Sequence record: OR234014.1
Reading direction: 5' to 3' (one strand)
DNA length: 64,000 nt
DNA from: Staphylococcus phage SAC
A model generated the notes under the pieces. The model worked only from the letters and a program-made list of their open reading frames with translations. It made no database searches and had not been told where the DNA came from. Every line of letters starts with the position of its first letter. Within the stretch, counting starts at the first letter, position 1. Below, piece by piece: positions 29,623 to 38,930 of the stretch. Both the position numbers and the translations under genes were made by a program.

Positions 29623-32325
29623 TTACTGTACTTCTGTGTACGTATCTATTACTTTAATTTTATTATCTACTGTGAATGTATCACTTGATAGTAACATATC
29701 CCGTAAGTCATAAATAAATCTATTTGAACCTAATGTAATATTCTCGTTATATAGAGTAGTAGACGTTAGCAATCTATCTACATCAGTATATCCTTGGTAT
29801 ATCTTAGGTGCTAATTTTATTACCTGTCCTGTTGAACTATCAAATACATTACCTTCACTATCAGTAAGTATGCTCATGCTACTTAATGTAGTGTTATATA
29901 TCATATCTACCTCTTGCCACACAGCATTGAAATAGTTATTACTCATGTTAGAAATACTACCTTTTTTATTTGTTAAATTATTCAGGTTAGCATTCCATAT
30001 AGTTTTAAGTATAACCCTAGAGAAAGGTGTAATACTTGAATAATCTATTGTTTCTAAGCCATATAAATCTACTAAGTTATTAGGTGTTATTGTTTCACCT
30101 TGACTTAAATTACTTATTGTTTTTAGGTTTGTCCAATTATCCCCATAGTAAGAATAACTTAGCTCAATATTTTTAAGAGGTGTTGTTGTATTTATTCCTA
30201 TTGTTTGTATATCTGTTAATATGTTATCAAACACAATAGCTTTGTCTATAACATTAGTTACATCTTCAGGTGCTACCGTGTAGTCCTTCTTAGTAGCTCC
30301 TTCTTTTAATTGAAGGTTTGTTACTTTTACCATATTAGAAGCAATAGGTGTTTTAGAGGCAGTACCATCTGCTGTATATCTACCTGTGTAAACAACAAGT
30401 CTATGGTCTGTAATTGTAGGTGCTGTAAATGTGATAGATACCTCAATCTTATTACCTATCTTTCTTTGCATGCTTTTAACACCATTAGCAACAATACCTT
30501 TAGTACTACTATATAAATATATACCATGATTGTCAGAATATGTTTTTAAGTCCATATTAGCATCTGTGATTTCCATCTCGAATGACAAAGTATATAATTT
30601 TTGTGGTTCTAGTACTTTAGATAAATACGTTGAATTATATAAGGTGTCAGCCCATGATGAGATATAAAACTCTTTTGTGCTTACAACACCCTTGAATATA
30701 TTACTATCACCTTTATATGATTGCAATAAGTTTCTATTAGTTGTATTTTTATATAAATCTATAGGTGTATTATTTTGTACCTCATTATTGCTGTTTTTAC
30801 CTGTAATACTTACAATAGGTTTAGTTGAATCATAAGTAGCATGTAACCTTAAATATTTTATGGGTTGATATCCATTTTTATTAATTATGTCTCCATTTAA
30901 TAATGATGCTACTTTAAAGCCTTCAATATAAGTATCTTTAGTCAAATCTATGTAGTTTTCAACTAGTGCCTTAAAAGGTTTGATAGTATACACATCTTTT
31001 TTATAATTATAAAAATGTAAATCCATGTAGTTAATACTTATATCTTTTTGCTCATCTTTACCTATATTAACCTCTAATCTTGTAAATAAATTAAGGTCAT
31101 CATTTAAGTAATCTCTTATATAACCTATGTTTACACCTATGTTTTTCTCGTAAAAAGATAGTTCTGTTTCTGATACAGTTAACCATTCATTAGTACGAAA
31201 ATCAAATATTTGTAACTTAATAGGTAATGATTCATCAGGTGAAACTAAAGCTTTTGCAAAGAAATCAATTGTTAGTTCTCCTATAAAATCGGATATTTGT
31301 TTTTTAGCATTATCTCTAGTTATATCTATATTAGGTTTGTATCTACTGATAAACTCACTTACATTAAAGTTATTGTATAAATAAGATACACCATAAGCAG
31401 TTTCCATTGATATATTTATATCATTAGTATTCTTTAAGGATGTATATAAGTAATAATCTAAAGGTGCTTCTTTTCCTTTATCATTTAAAGAAGCTATATG
31501 TGTGACGGCTGATGTACTAGTAGGTTCATATGCATATGTCGTAACATAAGCATAATTTATAAATCTACGTCCAATATTAGAAGAGCCTGATAGAATATCT
31601 TCACTATTTAATGTACTCTTATTTGTTCTGAACCTTGTTTTATCAGATTGTTCAGCTGTTGCTTCACTCATGTTTAAATGTCCATAGAAAGTTTCATCAT
31701 AACCTAATAATCTATCTAAATCCGTATATGTTTCAATTTTAGGTAGATTTTTAAGCCATTTAACAACACCATCACCCTTTATGGTAGTAGCACCATCATA
31801 AGTTAAATATAACTTAACACCTGCGGGTTTAAATTCATTTATTACATCTATAATCTCTAAAGGAAAGTAACCATCAACAGAAACATTTATCACAGCAAAT
31901 CTATAATAATAACCCATTAAATAATCTTCACCATTTAATTTTGATTTATTGGTATAAAATATATTTTTAAAAGGTTCATATACACTAACATTTATATTCT
32001 CATTATCTAAGTAATCTTTAATAGCACTAATAATAGCGTTGTTAGTACCTCTTTTTAATAATAAGTATTTTATAATTCTTTTTCTATAGCTGTCATCATT
32101 CTCATTTATTCTTCTGTATACACCAAACCAATCCCCAAACTTATCTAAGTAATCTCCTGTGGCAGTTTTTAATGATGATTGAAGTTTGCTTTTAATGGTG
32201 TCTGACTCTATATTGTTCATCTCATCATTAAGTGCTGTTATTAAAGCATAGTTAGGGTCTTGGTTATCTTTATTATTCTTATTTCTTCTTAATAAAGGGT
32301 GTAAATTTCTTAAAAAATTAGCCAT
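29623..32325 (-). CDS. tail fibre / adsorption-associated baseplate protein (900 aa)
   Basis: Large Asn/Tyr/Thr-rich structural ORF. Confidence 0.45.
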   Translation of the reverse strand: MANFLRNLHPLLRRNKNNKDNQDPNYALITALNDEMNNIESDTIKSKLQSSLKTATGDYLDKFGDWFGVYRRINENDDSYRKRIIKYLLLKRGTNNAIISAIKDYLDNENINVSVYEPFKNIFYTNKSKLNGEDYLMGYYYRFAVINVSVDGYFPLEIIDVINEFKPAGVKLYLTYDGATTIKGDGVVKWLKNLPKIETYTDLDRLLGYDETFYGHLNMSEATAEQSDKTRFRTNKSTLNSEDILSGSSNIGRRFINYAYVTTYAYEPTSTSAVTHIASLNDKGKEAPLDYYLYTSLKNTNDINISMETAYGVSYLYNNFNVSEFISRYKPNIDITRDNAKKQISDFIGELTIDFFAKALVSPDESLPIKLQIFDFRTNEWLTVSETELSFYEKNIGVNIGYIRDYLNDDLNLFTRLEVNIGKDEQKDISINYMDLHFYNYKKDVYTIKPFKALVENYIDLTKDTYIEGFKVASLLNGDIINKNGYQPIKYLRLHATYDSTKPIVSITGKNSNNEVQNNTPIDLYKNTTNRNLLQSYKGDSNIFKGVVSTKEFYISSWADTLYNSTYLSKVLEPQKLYTLSFEMEITDANMDLKTYSDNHGIYLYSSTKGIVANGVKSMQRKIGNKIEVSITFTAPTITDHRLVVYTGRYTADGTASKTPIASNMVKVTNLQLKEGATKKDYTVAPEDVTNVIDKAIVFDNILTDIQTIGINTTTPLKNIELSYSYYGDNWTNLKTISNLSQGETITPNNLVDLYGLETIDYSSITPFSRVILKTIWNANLNNLTNKKGSISNMSNNYFNAVWQEVDMIYNTTLSSMSILTDSEGNVFDSSTGQVIKLAPKIYQGYTDVDRLLTSTTLYNENITLGSNRFIYDLRDMLLSSDTFTVDNKIKVIDTYTEVQ

Positions 32326-32335
32326 TGTTTACCCC

Positions 32336-33382
32336 CTATATTAATTCTACCTTAATATCCCCTGCTCTAATAATACCTTTCGAAGATACTTCTATATTTG
32401 TAGATAAATTCTTAAATGCTACATCATAAATTAAATTATCATCTATATTCATAATAGCTTGAATTAAATCGTTAATAATTAAGTCATCAGAAGTAGTCAG
32501 ACTATTTAGGTATCCTCTAATAACACTTTCAATATGTCTTTGTAATGTATCACCTATCCTAGCTTTATTAGATATTGTTACTACTGCAGACACATCTATT
32601 TCCTCTTTCTCTACGCCTACAACATCTAACTTTATACCACTAGGTCTGTAATCTTCTAATGCCGTTATTATGTCATTTTTTAGAGTAGCAGATAAATTTC
32701 CGTTTTTATCATGCGCATATACAGTAACATGACCTACTTCTTCATAAACATAAACACCATCAACATCAGGTACTTGTAATGTACCATATCTAATAGATTT
32801 ATTAGTAGCTCTTCCTCTCGATTCTACAAACATATGGAACCTACGTTTAAAATCCTCTTGAGATTCTTCTTTTGTTCCTGTATTAAAGGAAGTCGGGTTT
32901 GTAATTGTACGAATTAAACTAGAGCCTGAGGCTATTGTATTAATGATATCTTCAGGTATATTACCTACAATACCAACTTCTTTACAGTAAACTTCTACTG
33001 TAATTTCAGTGGTTCCTTCTTCAGCATAGTAATCAACTAATGTTTCAAACTGTTGAGGGTATTCTTGCCTAGTAGATGAGAATGTAGTACCTGCAGGTAT
33101 ATACATTCTCATGTCTAAAGGTTGGTAAAATTGAATGTTTACATTACCATAAGCACGCTTAGCTTTTCTTTTTTGAAAATCAAAAGCTTCAATAATCCCT
33201 TCTTGAATGCCCCAATTAATGTTTTCTCTTGTTAATATATAATACTGTTCTATTTCTAAAGCTACTGCTTCTAAAAGAGAGCGTACAGCTGAACCAGGTG
33301 TAAAGTCTGTTATTTTGCTTGTACCTTGTATCGTCTTATCCATTAACCTAGATAATATCTGTGTTAACTTTCTTGTTCTCAT
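32336..33382 (-). CDS. baseplate J-like (gp6-like) protein
   Basis: 348 aa, following the gp25-like wedge gene as in conserved myovirus baseplate synteny. Confidence 0.5.
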   Translation of the reverse strand: MRTRKLTQILSRLMDKTIQGTSKITDFTPGSAVRSLLEAVALEIEQYYILTRENINWGIQEGIIEAFDFQKRKAKRAYGNVNIQFYQPLDMRMYIPAGTTFSSTRQEYPQQFETLVDYYAEEGTTEITVEVYCKEVGIVGNIPEDIINTIASGSSLIRTITNPTSFNTGTKEESQEDFKRRFHMFVESRGRATNKSIRYGTLQVPDVDGVYVYEEVGHVTVYAHDKNGNLSATLKNDIITALEDYRPSGIKLDVVGVEKEEIDVSAVVTISNKARIGDTLQRHIESVIRGYLNSLTTSDDLIINDLIQAIMNIDDNLIYDVAFKNLSTNIEVSSKGIIRAGDIKVELI

Positions 33383-33396
33383 ATAAATTTCCTTTC

Positions 33397-34101
33397 TTAG
33401 TCAAATAAAGCAAAGACACCTGAATCATCTTGACCTAATACAAAGTCTATAGATTCTTCTACGGACTTGATTTCTACATTAAATGACCCATAGTATTCAT
33501 TACCTTTTATCTCCCAACCTTTTAAGTTAGCTGATTTAACTCTACTATCTGATGTTAGAGTCTTTAATACATCTACTTCAATTAACGTAGCTTGTTCAGG
33601 TATATTTAAACCAAATAAATTATGAATGTTAGAACCATATTCAGGATGTAATAATAAAGAACCTTTAGGTGTCAATAGTCTAGCTCTTAAAGATTGCTTA
33701 ATGTTATCTATGCCTTTAACTATATCAAGGTCTCCTCTACCATCTGAAGATAGGGCTAATATTTCATCATCTGTTCCATGAGCGTCTATATACTCTTTAT
33801 TATCCGTCATATTTAGGTCTCTACCTAAAGCTAATTCTACTAATACATCTTTATCTCTTGATGTTATTTCTTTAGAAACCGAGTCTGTTAACTCAGCATC
33901 TAAAGGTATAATAATAATATCACCCTTAGTTATTAAGTGTTCAGGGTTCCTTTTCTTTTCTTCATCTGTATCTACAATATAAGGATATTGTAAGTTGTTA
34001 TGTTCTATTAAATCTAACCAATAACTAACATCACCATAATACCTTTGTGATATAGCTTGTAAGGTTTCTTCTGGTTGGACTTCATGCTTTCTAAATCTCA
34101 T
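33397..34101 (-). CDS. baseplate wedge protein (gp25-like) with N-terminal LysM-like domain
   Basis: N-terminal HEVQPEETLQAISQRYYGDVSYWLDLIEHNNL...GDIIIIP is a LysM pattern. The C-terminal ...RLLTPKGSLLLHPEYGSN... is a GPW/gp25-like signature. Confidence 0.5.
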   Translation of the reverse strand: MRFRKHEVQPEETLQAISQRYYGDVSYWLDLIEHNNLQYPYIVDTDEEKKRNPEHLITKGDIIIIPLDAELTDSVSKEITSRDKDVLVELALGRDLNMTDNKEYIDAHGTDDEILALSSDGRGDLDIVKGIDNIKQSLRARLLTPKGSLLLHPEYGSNIHNLFGLNIPEQATLIEVDVLKTLTSDSRVKSANLKGWEIKGNEYYGSFNVEIKSVEESIDFVLGQDDSGVFALFD

Positions 34102-34622
34102 TATACCACCTCACTCTTAATTAGCGGTAGTTGTAATTCCAAAGAGCCAAAACATAAGTCTAAGTCTCTTAAATCGAGAACAATACTATTGTATTCTTCA
34201 TAATCACTTAAGTAGTCAGCTACATAGTTAACATTACTTCTCACTATAGATACATCTTTTTCTGTTAAATATTTTAAGTATTCAGGACTTTCTACAAAGC
34301 AGTTTACAATAGCGTAAGCTTCCATTACGATAGATTGCATAATTAAATACATTCTAGGTGATTGTAACTTTAAACTTGTTTGTTCTACTTTATTAACTAT
34401 TGTATTGTTGTTAAATGTTCTTTCTAAAGTAGGGATATCAGTAGACTTAATCTCTTTTAATTTTACTCTTGCAAGTTCACTTAGTTGTATTTGTGGTGTA
34501 TAAAATTTAGAAACAAAAGGTACTTCCTCATCTAATAAGTTCATATGTGTGTAAGACATGTCTAACTCTAATCCATTTAAAAACCTTAATAGTCCTTGTG
34601 GTTGAGGTATATAATTATTCAT
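34101..34622 (-). CDS. baseplate-associated hypothetical protein
   Basis: 173-aa ORF translationally coupled to its neighbours. Confidence 0.35.
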   Translation of the reverse strand: MNNYIPQPQGLLRFLNGLELDMSYTHMNLLDEEVPFVSKFYTPQIQLSELARVKLKEIKSTDIPTLERTFNNNTIVNKVEQTSLKLQSPRMYLIMQSIVMEAYAIVNCFVESPEYLKYLTEKDVSIVRSNVNYVADYLSDYEEYNSIVLDLRDLDLCFGSLELQLPLIKSEVV

Positions 34623-35473
34623 TACCTAGATACACCTCCATCACCGTATCCTATTTTAAGTGCCATATCATCAACAGTACTACTAAGACCGTTAGTATTC
34701 TGTCTAGGGTTATATATACCTATATTACTCATACCGTCTCTATTACCTTCAGAACCACCTGTTCTTATGCCACTACCTCCTCTTAATGTTCCTGCCGTTC
34801 CATATCGTGAACCACTACTACTAGAATTAGAAGAGCTTTTACTACTTTTATTTTCAAATTGTGATACTATTTGATTATTCTTGTTTCTTGTTTTTCGTGC
34901 GTTACTATCTAAATCATTAACACCCTCATCAACTCTTTGTTTAGCATTAGGTTTTACATTACCAAACTCAGCAGATGTTACGGAACCTCTATCTGCTTCA
35001 GCAAGGTTACCTATCACAACTAAAGTTATTTCATATCTATATAACAAGGATTCATCTTTAGACCTTGTTATTTTTAAACCTTGCGGTGCTAGATGTACTT
35101 TGTAATATTTATCATCAGTAAAGTTATAGAACTCTATATAAGCTCCTGCTACGCTACCATCTCCACCCTGCTTAGCGTATGCTTCTACTTGTTCTTGTAG
35201 TTCCTCTATTTTTTGTTTTCCTGTTTTAGTACCATCTACTTCTTTTACAGGTCTAAATCCAGTAGTACCAGAAAAAGTTATTGTCTCTATATCTTTACCA
35301 TAGTCTTCAACAATAATGTCTGATTTAGTTTTAGTTATAGATGTTCTTTGTGGTGCATCTATTTCATAACTTTCAGGGTTTACTTTGAAACGGTACATAT
35401 TATATTTACCGCTTGCTGTTGGAAAACGTAATGCAATACGTCTTATTGTATTCTTTCCATCTGATTGAGGCAT
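34622..35473 (-). CDS. tail/baseplate protein with Gly/Ser-rich C-terminus
   Basis: 283 aa in the baseplate module. Confidence 0.4.
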   Translation of the reverse strand: MPQSDGKNTIRRIALRFPTASGKYNMYRFKVNPESYEIDAPQRTSITKTKSDIIVEDYGKDIETITFSGTTGFRPVKEVDGTKTGKQKIEELQEQVEAYAKQGGDGSVAGAYIEFYNFTDDKYYKVHLAPQGLKITRSKDESLLYRYEITLVVIGNLAEADRGSVTSAEFGNVKPNAKQRVDEGVNDLDSNARKTRNKNNQIVSQFENKSSKSSSNSSSSGSRYGTAGTLRGGSGIRTGGSEGNRDGMSNIGIYNPRQNTNGLSSTVDDMALKIGYGDGGVSR

Positions 35474-35557
35474 AACTTACCACCTTTCTATATCGTATTA
35501 TATCATATATAGTATTTAAATACAACTACTTTCTCAAGTTTAATATAACATGACATA

Positions 35558-35584
35558 TATAAAAAAGCCCTATTAATAGGACTT
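35558..35584 (-). terminator. rho-independent terminator
   Basis: Minus strand reads aagtcctattaatagggctt (9-bp stem with one mismatch) followed by T6. It abuts the stop of gene 35585-38041. Confidence 0.5.
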
Positions 35585-38041
35585 TTAAACTTTTTTAAAC
35601 TCTAATATTTTATTTGTTTCTACACCATCTATACCATATAAAATAAGCTTATTTATAATATCACTTGTCATATCACCACTAGCATATATAGATAGGTTAT
35701 TATTATGTGCTGTATTTACTGTATCTTGAGTGATGCTAGTATATGGTAGTAGTACTCCGTATATATTTGTATATATACCTTTGTTAATATCTGTACTTGT
35801 TAGATAGGAAGTATTATATAATACTGGTAAGTTAGAAAAATTATTTAATACTTCTTGTGTGATTGTTAAATCTTTAACTTTCAAATACACTTGATTCCTA
35901 GGTGCTCTTATACCAATTAAATTATATTTTTTCAGTAGTTCTACTATGTTTGCAGTAGTTGGTAAATTAATACTATATCTAATAGAATTTTTATATTTAG
36001 CTAATACATCTTCTAAAGATAAAATACTCTCACCATTCTTAGCTGAAAATGACTTTATTTGTTGTAGAGTGTAATCAGACACATTACCTTTACCTGTTGT
36101 TATAGTATCTAATTTAGAATCATTAAGACAGACTAACTGATTGTCTTTAGTAACTTGTGTTGTCAAACTCAATAAATCAACATTAGAATTTACAAGTGTT
36201 TGTAGTTGCTTATCTGTTTGTTCGGATACTATACCTAATAACTCAGTGTTAGTAGGTGCTAAAGTAGTTTCTAATACTTCTATACTAAACATTGTATTAT
36301 CTTGTAGTAATGTAAGGTTAATATCATTATCTTGTTGTACTTCTACTGTGAATGTATCTCCTTGTTTAACAGGTATAACATTTGTAATTATATTATCGTG
36401 TGTATTACCATTAGTTATAGTTTTGTATGTATTACTATTCTTCTTGACTGTAATAGTTTTTACTTTATCTTGTAATATATCCCATTTAAGATTAATAGAA
36501 ACTTTAACTTTAGATACACCTAACGGAATAACAAAAGCATCCTTAGTCTTATTTACAAACTCAGAATTATTAAAAACTATCTTATTCCATGTAATACGTG
36601 TAGGTGTGTATGGATAAATAGTAAGGTTACTATCTAATTGCAGTAATGAACCTAGATAATTACTACTAACACTTTGAGAACTGTTATTAACATAGGTCTT
36701 ACTTGATTTCTCTAATAAGGTATTATTAATGTTAGGTAATGTAATTGTATCTAGAGTATTCAATCTACTTTTTAACTCAGGTATTTCTTGGTTGTATTTA
36801 TTTATCATAGTAGAAGCATCTTCATATAAGCCTTTAAATGTTTTGTCTCTAAACTCTTGAAACTGTGTAATAATACCCTCAGCTCTACTACTTACATTAG
36901 ATATTTGAGATTTCATAGTCGTAACATCGCTACTTGCCTTACTAGAAACTTCTATAGATTTTTTAGTCTCTTGGATTAACTCCTCTAAGTTTTCTTTACC
37001 TACACCTTCAAGTAAGTAGTTAATGTCATCTAATTCTTTCTGTACTTCCTTAAGTCTATCTATAGACTCTGTAATGCTAGCATCTAACGTATCTAAAATT
37101 GGCTTATCATCTAAATATATACCTTTATCATTAAATTCAAACATATGCTTAGGGTTTTTTATGTAAAACACATTATTATCATTTATACCAAACTCTACCC
37201 ATACTTGCGCTGAGTCTAATAATAGGTCATCATCTTGCTTTATAACTCTATAAGAACCATCGTGAGACATCTCTTGTGTTGTTCTTTTTTGTGTGCTTTT
37301 GTCTAATACTGAAGCTCTTACATCACCTTTTTCGGAAATAAATAAAGTTGTAACATGATTATCTCCAGAACCATCATCAAAGTATAGACCCTGGTGTTTA
37401 AATAACATGTTAGGTGCCTTTTGTATTCTAGGTTCTATTAAATTTTTGTTACTATAGTATGATGGAAATAAGTCTTGGTATTCAGTACCTGTATAAAAGT
37501 CTGAAGATAAAGGTTTTTCTTTATCACCTGAAGTAATGGATAAGAAAGATTTACCATTGAATGTTTTTATAGATGTACCTTCACCATCTTTATATGTATA
37601 AGTTAGGTCAGGTAATATAGAATACAAAGCACTACTATATTTATAAACATCATCATTACTCATTTTACCACCCTCTAAAGGATTCGTATTTATGAGTTGG
37701 TTTGCTTCTGTATTACCATAGATAGCTAGTATAATAGGGTAATTAATGTCATCATTAATAAATCCTAACAGTACAGTAGTTCCTTCCGTTATTAAAGTAT
37801 TACTGCCATACATGCTACCTTCAGGTGTTCTCCCTACATAATCTTTAGGATAAGGAACAGCTAACTTACCGTCATCACTAGGGTTACGTCCTAGTGTTAA
37901 ACTATTTATTTTAACTTCTACAGTTTGGTACTTATAATTTATTTTGCTTACTGTACCTAATAATAGACCCTTAACATTAAGTTCTTCAGAGTCTATCTTT
38001 TTTAAACTTCTACCTAAAGAAGACTGTAATCTTACCACCAT
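35585..38041 (-). CDS. large baseplate-associated tail protein (818 aa)
   Basis: Size and position match the ~850-aa baseplate protein adjacent to the TAME in K-like phages. No diagnostic catalytic motif was visible by eye. Confidence 0.4.
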   Translation of the reverse strand: MVVRLQSSLGRSLKKIDSEELNVKGLLLGTVSKINYKYQTVEVKINSLTLGRNPSDDGKLAVPYPKDYVGRTPEGSMYGSNTLITEGTTVLLGFINDDINYPIILAIYGNTEANQLINTNPLEGGKMSNDDVYKYSSALYSILPDLTYTYKDGEGTSIKTFNGKSFLSITSGDKEKPLSSDFYTGTEYQDLFPSYYSNKNLIEPRIQKAPNMLFKHQGLYFDDGSGDNHVTTLFISEKGDVRASVLDKSTQKRTTQEMSHDGSYRVIKQDDDLLLDSAQVWVEFGINDNNVFYIKNPKHMFEFNDKGIYLDDKPILDTLDASITESIDRLKEVQKELDDINYLLEGVGKENLEELIQETKKSIEVSSKASSDVTTMKSQISNVSSRAEGIITQFQEFRDKTFKGLYEDASTMINKYNQEIPELKSRLNTLDTITLPNINNTLLEKSSKTYVNNSSQSVSSNYLGSLLQLDSNLTIYPYTPTRITWNKIVFNNSEFVNKTKDAFVIPLGVSKVKVSINLKWDILQDKVKTITVKKNSNTYKTITNGNTHDNIITNVIPVKQGDTFTVEVQQDNDINLTLLQDNTMFSIEVLETTLAPTNTELLGIVSEQTDKQLQTLVNSNVDLLSLTTQVTKDNQLVCLNDSKLDTITTGKGNVSDYTLQQIKSFSAKNGESILSLEDVLAKYKNSIRYSINLPTTANIVELLKKYNLIGIRAPRNQVYLKVKDLTITQEVLNNFSNLPVLYNTSYLTSTDINKGIYTNIYGVLLPYTSITQDTVNTAHNNNLSIYASGDMTSDIINKLILYGIDGVETNKILEFKKV

Positions 38042-38925
38042 GTTATATCATCCTCATCAAACCTCATAACCCTGCCATTAAAGTCATCCCAATAATCGTC
38101 TAACTCATAGGTACTAATAGAGGTGTTATCTTTAGGAAATGTACCTATAAGAGAAATAAACTTCTTATCTCCTATGTATATCCCTATATTATCATCACTA
38201 CGTCCAAAGAATAGTATATCACCTATTTTGAATTTGTCAATATCAACTTTATATTTGTGTCCCTTACCAAATATAGTATAGAAGCTTTTACCTGTGAAGA
38301 AGTAGTTAACTGTTAATGGATTTTTTAGCTCTACATTTCTCTTTTTATACATCCAATATAATAAGTTGTATGTATCTAAAGGTACTATATCCTTACTTTC
38401 AAAAGGGTTTTTATCCGTATTCCCTTTAAACATATACTGTATATGTTTATAATTATTTAAATTCTCTTTCAAGTCTAATGTTACTAATGTACTAACTGGA
38501 ACATCTTCATCAAATATATGCTCATTCTCCATGTAGCTACCATACAGTATGTTCTGTAACTCATCAAAGTAATCTATAACAAGTACACCATTTCTTTCTA
38601 CCATATGTACCATACAAGTTGATAATGCATCAGTAGGTACTGTGAGATTATCAGTAGTATAACTTATTTTTCTAAGTGTGAGTTTAGCTTCTATATCTGT
38701 ACCATTATTAGTAAAACTATCATATGTTACTTGTCTAGGTGTTATACTTTGTATAACACCTACATATGGTCTAATATAAACAACTTTATTATATACGTCT
38801 TCTGTAGTTATCTTTTTAACTTCCTTATCTTTTTCTTCAACCTTTTCTTTGGTTAATACTTCAAAATTGAAAAGATTATCTATAAATTTATCTATAACAT
38901 CTTTAACTTGTTTATCCGTTGCCAT
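38032..38925 (-). CDS. tail protein
   Basis: 297 aa between the TAME and the 818-aa protein. Confidence 0.35.
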   Translation of the reverse strand: MATDKQVKDVIDKFIDNLFNFEVLTKEKVEEKDKEVKKITTEDVYNKVVYIRPYVGVIQSITPRQVTYDSFTNNGTDIEAKLTLRKISYTTDNLTVPTDALSTCMVHMVERNGVLVIDYFDELQNILYGSYMENEHIFDEDVPVSTLVTLDLKENLNNYKHIQYMFKGNTDKNPFESKDIVPLDTYNLLYWMYKKRNVELKNPLTVNYFFTGKSFYTIFGKGHKYKVDIDKFKIGDILFFGRSDDNIGIYIGDKKFISLIGTFPKDNTSISTYELDDYWDDFNGRVMRFDEDDITWW

Positions 38926-38930
38926 ATCAA

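Noticed and set aside
34596-34874. Plus-strand ORFs in the track (e.g. 34596-34874, 44149-44454, 59337-59720, 59456-59656, 9229-9624).
   Set aside because: They lie antisense within long minus-strand genes with clear homology, have biased low-complexity composition (Pro/Leu/Phe/Ser-rich), and lack RBSs. They are shadow ORFs of AT-rich coding sequence.
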